Shown here: piece after piece, positions 58,677-64,000 of the stretch
Layout: each line of letters opens with the position of its first letter
Position numbering within the stretch: the stretch's first letter is position 1
NCBI GenBank assembly: GCA_033763255.1
Contig: JANRKX010000046.1
Location: 166,471-230,470, forward strand
Source of the DNA: Acidobacteriota bacterium
GTDB taxonomy: Bacteria > Acidobacteriota > Blastocatellia > RBC074
Reading direction: 5' to 3'
DNA length: 64,000 nt
Notes under the pieces: generated by a model
Database searches by the model: none
The model's input: the letters and a program-made list of their open reading frames with translations, nothing else
Told to the model about the DNA's origin: nothing
Translations under genes and position numbers: made by a program

Positions 58677-61541
58677 TTAAGACCAGGCGCGGCCAATGAA
58701 AATAAAAGGCGCCCAGTAATAGGGGTGAGGAAATGCTTGTTTGAGTTCCAATGCCGCCGCGCGCAAGGCAGTTTGCGGTGGCAAGCCGGTTCGGAATCGT
58801 TGATAAAAAGCCGTCATCAATCTGGCTGTCACCGGGTCGCTGACTTCCCATAAGCTGACCACCAACGAACTGGCGCCGGCTGACAAAAAACCGCGAACCA
58901 ATCCCAACAATTCATCGCCTGCGTAAACATGGTTTGCGCCCGTGCTGCAACCGCTTAAGGTTACAAGCGAAGAGCGCAAGTCCAGCGCGCAAACGTCGTA
59001 AAAATTCAGCCAGGCGTCGGCCAGTTGAAACGCGGAAAACATGGGGTTGTCGTGTCGAAAGACCGCATGGCTGGCGATATGAACAATGCTTTTGCCGGAT
59101 GCATGCCAGATCAGCGATTGCGCCGACGCTTCGCTGCCTGTGAAACAACTGGCGTTGGGATAAAGCGCGCGGATTGCGTTGATCTCTTCAGTGATTTTCG
59201 GAGTGTATTCGTCCGCCGCTCCAAAGATCAGAGCGGTGTCGAGCGGGTGATTGTGCTTGGCGGCAAACAGCGTCAACAGCCGCGCGCTTGGCGCGTAACT
59301 GATTTCGTGACGGTCGAGCAGGTACGTTTGACCGTCGAACAGGGCGTGGAACGGAACGTTGTGCAGCAAATCGAAAGGAATGAAGATCAGTTTTTTTCCT
59401 TCAACCAGAGACGTGACCGGGGCAAACAGCGTTCGATGCAAATCACGCAAACAGCCATTGACGCTGCTGAGCAAGCTGGCGGCGTGAGTCGTGACGTATT
59501 TTTCGCCGTACTGAAATTTTTCGAGTTGAAGCCGCAGTTTTAACGCCTGTTCTCGAAGCTGCTGCCTGCCGCAATCGCTTTCCACGACCCGTAACCCGTT
59601 TCGGTCTATGACGAAAATTTTCAATTCCCGGTCGTCGGAGTAATACTCAATGATGGTTTCATCCTCGCCCAGAGCCTCACTAAGCTCTTCCACCGTTACG
59701 CCCGTAGCTGCGTTCAGCAAGACGAAATGTGGGTCGTGAATTTGAATTTGGCGCAACACGTCGGCCAGAGCATGTTCGCGCGAATCAATTTCCCGCCAGA
59801 TGTCAGCTTCGACAGTCAGCCGCCTGCTTTGGTTTGGCGATTCGTGCTGACCGGCCTTGCTATAAAACCAGTTCAACTCTTCGCGGATTTGTTGCCAATG
59901 ATGAATCAAATCATCGGGAATGCCTTCGTTGTTTGCGGGTACGGTTTCTAATTGGTTGACCAGCAGGTCAACCAATGTGCGTGCCTTGCAACTTTCCAGG
60001 TAAAAGAATGCCTCTGCTTGTCGCGTCGAATCCTGGTCGTCCAGGCACAGACGGATCAGTTTTTCGTAAACCCGCAAATTATCTTTGAAAAAGGCGCTGC
60101 GATATTCGTCCACGCGGATGCCGCTGCGAATTCGTTCGATATGGGTGACTGCCAGAGCATACTGCTCGTGAGCCTGCGTCACCTTGCCGTCATCAACTAA
60201 CACATCGCCCAACAATTCATGCGCCTGTGACTTCAGTCCGGGAGCTTCGAGCGATCTGCAATTTTCCATCGCGGCTTCCGCCAGTTCTTGCGCCTGGTTT
60301 CGTTTGCCCTGCAACAATAACGCTCTGGCTGCGATCAACTGGGCGTAACCGGTTTTGGCTTTAAGGTTTTGACGCGAAAAAAGCTCCTCAGATTCTCGCG
60401 CCATCGAAAGTGCGGCGGCGAACTGGCCGTTTTTCAACAAAACGTCTGCCAGGTAAATGCGGGCCAACCCTTTGTAAACTTCATTGCCTTCTGCGGCGAA
60501 TTCGTCGTGAGCTTCGCGCAGGATTCGTTCGGCCTGATCGAACTTTTCCTGTTTCAAACTGGACAGTCCAAGAAAAGTTAAGGCCTTTGCCGATTCAAAT
60601 CGCATGCCCAGTTGATGGAATTGATTGTGCGCCTGCTGTGCCAGGGCAGCGGCTTCATTTGTGACGTGTAGTTGCAGATGGATTTCCGCCAAATCCAAAT
60701 CGCACAGCGCGGCTCCCGGTTGATCGCCAAGCCGCAAAAACTCTGCGCGCACTTCGTGCAGTATGCGTATGGCCTGGTGAAATTCGCCGGTCTGAAAACG
60801 CAAATACCCCAGCGCGTACCGCGCCGAAGCGGCGAAGCTTTCTATGCCTTGTTCTTGAAACAGATCAAGTGCTTGTTGGTAAAGTTCGCGCGCGCGGCGA
60901 AAATCGTCCAGACAGGAATGAATGTTGGCTGCGTTGTAAGCGGCGGTTGCCAGTGCTCGTTGATCGTCAAGCGCGGCAAAGCTTTTCTGCGCTCGTTCGT
61001 AACAATTCAGCGCCTCTTGATACCGATCCAGCCGGTGATAAATGTTCCCGACATTGCTTTCCAGTTGAGCAGCCAGCAGTTTCTCGTCGTGTTGTGAAAA
61101 GATTTCTCGCGCTTCATCGGCCAGCTTTAACGCATGGTCGTAATCGCCCTGATACATCAGCGTGTCAATCAGAGCGCGCGTCACTCGCGCGGCTTCAACC
61201 GGTTTGTCGTTGGTTTGATAAATCTTCCGGGCTTGTTGGTAAGATTCGGTTGCTGCGACGTATTGGCCAAGCACATGCTGCGCTTGCGCTTTGGCTCGCA
61301 CGCCGAGCGCCTGCGCCAGCGGATCAGCAGATTGAAGTGACAATCTGTAAGTCATTTCGGCGCGCTCGAAAGCCTGTTGAGCGTCGGTGCGAAGACAGGA
61401 GTCCACTTCTTTCTTGAGCGATTCGATCATCTCAAAGGTGACATTGTCGTTGCCTGAAATCGAGTCGCTGTTACCAGTCAATTCCATTTTAGATTCCGGT
61501 GAGTGGGGGTAAGAATGCACGGGGCTTAGCGTGTGCGCCAT
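58677..61541 (-). CDS. TPR-repeat CHAT (caspase-HetF) protease
   Basis: Long TPR array; LHNVPFHAL, VHIASHA (His), VTLSGCSTG (Cys), VSLWEV, HPYYWAPF; start uncertain (61541 or 61487). Confidence 0.92.
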   Translation of the reverse strand: MAHTLSPVHSYPHSPESKMELTGNSDSISGNDNVTFEMIESLKKEVDSCLRTDAQQAFERAEMTYRLSLQSADPLAQALGVRAKAQAQHVLGQYVAATESYQQARKIYQTNDKPVEAARVTRALIDTLMYQGDYDHALKLADEAREIFSQHDEKLLAAQLESNVGNIYHRLDRYQEALNCYERAQKSFAALDDQRALATAAYNAANIHSCLDDFRRARELYQQALDLFQEQGIESFAASARYALGYLRFQTGEFHQAIRILHEVRAEFLRLGDQPGAALCDLDLAEIHLQLHVTNEAAALAQQAHNQFHQLGMRFESAKALTFLGLSSLKQEKFDQAERILREAHDEFAAEGNEVYKGLARIYLADVLLKNGQFAAALSMARESEELFSRQNLKAKTGYAQLIAARALLLQGKRNQAQELAEAAMENCRSLEAPGLKSQAHELLGDVLVDDGKVTQAHEQYALAVTHIERIRSGIRVDEYRSAFFKDNLRVYEKLIRLCLDDQDSTRQAEAFFYLESCKARTLVDLLVNQLETVPANNEGIPDDLIHHWQQIREELNWFYSKAGQHESPNQSRRLTVEADIWREIDSREHALADVLRQIQIHDPHFVLLNAATGVTVEELSEALGEDETIIEYYSDDRELKIFVIDRNGLRVVESDCGRQQLREQALKLRLQLEKFQYGEKYVTTHAASLLSSVNGCLRDLHRTLFAPVTSLVEGKKLIFIPFDLLHNVPFHALFDGQTYLLDRHEISYAPSARLLTLFAAKHNHPLDTALIFGAADEYTPKITEEINAIRALYPNASCFTGSEASAQSLIWHASGKSIVHIASHAVFRHDNPMFSAFQLADAWLNFYDVCALDLRSSLVTLSGCSTGANHVYAGDELLGLVRGFLSAGASSLVVSLWEVSDPVTARLMTAFYQRFRTGLPPQTALRAAALELKQAFPHPYYWAPFIFIGRAWS

Positions 61542-61690
61542 CGAAACTGCAGCGCCCAGATCGAAAATCCGAATCCCCCAAAACGGAAATTCAGTCTGCC
61601 AAAAACGTCCCACCCTCCAAAAAGAAAGATTGCCCTTCTTTTCAAGGATCGCTTTTGCTTTGCGGCTCTGCGCATCTTTGGCGCACAACG

Positions 61691-62335
61691 CTAAGGTGTC
61701 CGCGAAATGCCGACCTGATTGATGAATATCTCGCCTTCGGGCACTTCGATTTTCAGGTCGAAAACTCCGGCAGGCACTTGCGCGAAGACGAACATTCCAT
61801 CCGTGTCGGCTCGGCTGCTCATAATTTCCTGTTCGTCTTTCAGTAATCGAACCGTGAATTTATCCAAAAGCGCAATTGGTTTTTGTTCCGGCAATACCTG
61901 TCCGACCATTTCATCTAATGCGTTGCGTTTGGCTCGTTCGAATCTAAGGTCAATATCGTAACCATCCACGTGATAAAGCAGTCGGCGCGGACCGGCAATT
62001 TCAGCTCCGGCCAGTTCTGATCGCACGCCGACCAAACGTCCCTGAGTCAGACTGTCGAACGTCAGTTCGGCAATCAGTCGGCGCAAACGTGATGGTTGCG
62101 GAGCGAAGTCGGCGGATTGCACTTTGAACTGAGCGACCAGCCATTGAATCAATTCTTCCGGCGCGTCAAAAGATTCGTCTTCGGTTTTCAAACGTGCGAT
62201 TTCCGACAGCCATTGCTGATTATCACGGCAATGGGGGCAGCCGGTCGATAAATGCGCCGCGATTTCGGTGCTTTCGGGATCAGAAGTGCGATGGCGCATT
62301 GTTGCGAACAAACTGGATAAATCCGGGCAATTCAT
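61691..62335 (-). CDS. Putative soluble zinc anti-sigma factor with C-terminal beta-sandwich domain
   Basis: AAHLSTGCPHC ZAS-like motif; LIAELTFDS...GVR; DGMFVFAQVPAGVFDL; AGGAGG before ATG 62335. Confidence 0.8.
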   Translation of the reverse strand: MNCPDLSSLFATMRHRTSDPESTEIAAHLSTGCPHCRDNQQWLSEIARLKTEDESFDAPEELIQWLVAQFKVQSADFAPQPSRLRRLIAELTFDSLTQGRLVGVRSELAGAEIAGPRRLLYHVDGYDIDLRFERAKRNALDEMVGQVLPEQKPIALLDKFTVRLLKDEQEIMSSRADTDGMFVFAQVPAGVFDLKIEVPEGEIFINQVGISRTP

Positions 62336-62467
62336 ACTGCCTCCTATAACAAATTCGACAAGCAAACGGTTCGGACAACAGGTTCAAAACGCTTATAAAC
62401 CTGTGTCTATTTAGATGAGACTGTTTCAGGGAGAAAAAATACCAAGCGAGGAAATTATTTTGTCGGG

Positions 62468-63046
62468 TTATTTGAATCCGAGTTGCTGGAGGATTTCTTT
62501 CAATTTGGACAGGCAACGCCCGCGCGTTGGCCCTATGCTCGCAACCGGAATGCTCATTTCCTGGCCGATCTCGGCGTAACTGGTTGAATCGCTTTCAGAA
62601 AACAGCAGCGCCAGCAACTTGCGACATTGCGGCGAAAGAAATTCTTCAGCGCGGCGAATCAGGTGTTGTTGTTGTATGGCCAAAACCTGGTCGTCTGGTT
62701 TGGAGCGGGTCGGGTCGTCCATTTCAGCGACGCGCTCCCATTCTTCTTCATCCAGCAAATCGGTTTTTCCGCCACGCTGTTTTACCTTCCAGGATTCGTG
62801 TTTGGTGACGACAATCAACCACGAACTAAGTTTGTCCTGCGATTTCAGCGTCTGCAATTTCTGGATAAGGATCAGACAAATGGATTGGAACACATCCAAG
62901 GCGTCGTCCTGTGAAAGGCCGGATTTCAATGCAACCGAGATAATCAGCCGCTGGTAGCGCCGAATCAGCGTTTCCCAGGCTTCGGCGTCTTTATCCAAAC
63001 ACTTGGCGACCAACTCCGTATCGGAAAGTTTATTGTTATCCTTCAT
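62468..63046 (-). CDS. ECF sigma-70 factor
   Basis: AWETLIRRY, DALDVFQ, SYAEIG...IPVASIGPTRGRCLSKL. Confidence 0.93.
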   Translation of the reverse strand: MKDNNKLSDTELVAKCLDKDAEAWETLIRRYQRLIISVALKSGLSQDDALDVFQSICLILIQKLQTLKSQDKLSSWLIVVTKHESWKVKQRGGKTDLLDEEEWERVAEMDDPTRSKPDDQVLAIQQQHLIRRAEEFLSPQCRKLLALLFSESDSTSYAEIGQEMSIPVASIGPTRGRCLSKLKEILQQLGFK

Positions 63047-63258
63047 CAAGACTAAGATAGAGTCAGGTTTGCAACGAAGTCAATTTGCAAAGCAGCTTTT
63101 TGAAGGCAGGCTGAAAACATTCGTGTTGGGGATTTTGGGGGCTAACAAAGAAACCGTTGGAAGCGCGACGATGTGAGGACACAACTTCACTGTTAGCCAA
63201 CGCAAAACCTTGGCTCTATTTCAAAATAAAACTCAGCCAGTCAACTATTGCGAGAGAG

Positions 63259-63624
63259 CTAAACCTTCAAGGCTTCGTTAAGCTGATTGAGTTTGTATCG
63301 GGCAAGCGCCAGATTGGATTGCTCCCGGTTCAGAATAAGGTAAAGAAACAAATCCGGATGGGCGGTTGACAACTTGATCAGGTGATACTGGCGACCCAGC
63401 GTAATCAGTATGTCTTCGATATTGTCTCGCAAGCCCAAACTTTGCATGACCTTCATTTTGCTTCGCACAACTTCGGTGTTGCCTGCAGCGGCAATTTCCA
63501 GATTGATATTTCCATTGCCACCGGCTGTGCCCAGACACATGCCACTGTTCCAGTCCACCAGAGCGGCTCCCATCGCTCCTTCAATCTGCATCGCTTCTTC
63601 CAAACACTGGTTTACACTAGCCAT
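63259..63624 (-). CDS. Roadblock/LC7-like hypothetical protein
   Basis: IEGAMGAALVDWNSGMCLG, AAAGNTEVVR, IEDILITL..QYHLI, NLALAR; ATG 63624 with AAGGA. Confidence 0.8.
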   Translation of the reverse strand: MASVNQCLEEAMQIEGAMGAALVDWNSGMCLGTAGGNGNINLEIAAAGNTEVVRSKMKVMQSLGLRDNIEDILITLGRQYHLIKLSTAHPDLFLYLILNREQSNLALARYKLNQLNEALKV

Positions 63625-64000
63625 ATCGAATCGTTCCTTTTTTGCAAAATCGGCCCTCTCCTCTAACGAGAAATCGAAGACCTCCAAGATACTTCTTCGT
63701 GACGACATCTCAAGACCCCATTTGTAGGCTTGGAACCTTCGCGGGAAAAGTGCTGGTTAAAGGAGTGGCGGATTGCCTCCGAAAATACATTTCAGCGAAC
63801 TTTTTTTTCCCAGGCTCAAATGCGGGCTGGCTCCGGTCAATTTGAACGGAGCCAGCGTAAAGGCAGGTTTGGATTGGGTGGGCCGTTGAGCACGAAAACG
63901 AGTTGCTTAAGGGCAGGGTTTTGGAAGGGCGGTGACAAAGTCTAGTCAGCAGATTTCCTGTTTACGGAAGACAAAGACTTTGTACAGGCGCGTTAAACAG

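Overview
Chromosomal window from a bacterium that looks like Acidobacteriota, possibly Blastocatellia. This assignment is inferred from the acidobacterial-style TonB receptor, a TIGR03437-like C-terminal domain, ECF/Ser-Thr kinase pairing and giant secreted Ig-repeat proteins. Housekeeping genes include ftsK, prfB with its programmed +1 frameshift, a methylmalonyl-CoA mutase subunit and a CysO-type cysteine-synthesis operon. No rRNA, tRNA, CRISPR array or transposase was recognised; several REP-like palindromes are present. Best leads: (1) a ~17 kb surface-protein locus where four tandem paralogous secreted pre-pro-proteins of an unrecognised family lie between two giant adhesins, each paralog having a conserved stem-loop between its Shine-Dalgarno and AUG; (2) an ECF sigma/WD40-kinase pair whose apparent promoter (GTGAGC-N18-CGCATT) also precedes an operon of a SET methyltransferase, two SMR-like transporters and a PRMT-like methyltransferase; (3) an unannotated 20-aa poly-cysteine leader peptide ahead of the peroxiredoxin-cysM-JAMM-CysO/MoeB operon; (4) an ECF/anti-sigma/TPR-CHAT/subtilase module whose subtilase carries a tandem QRSLAFID peptide; (5) a DnaA-box-like cluster next to ftsK and a junction of two 5'-truncated genes. 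All protein family calls come from motifs read by eye, not database searches.
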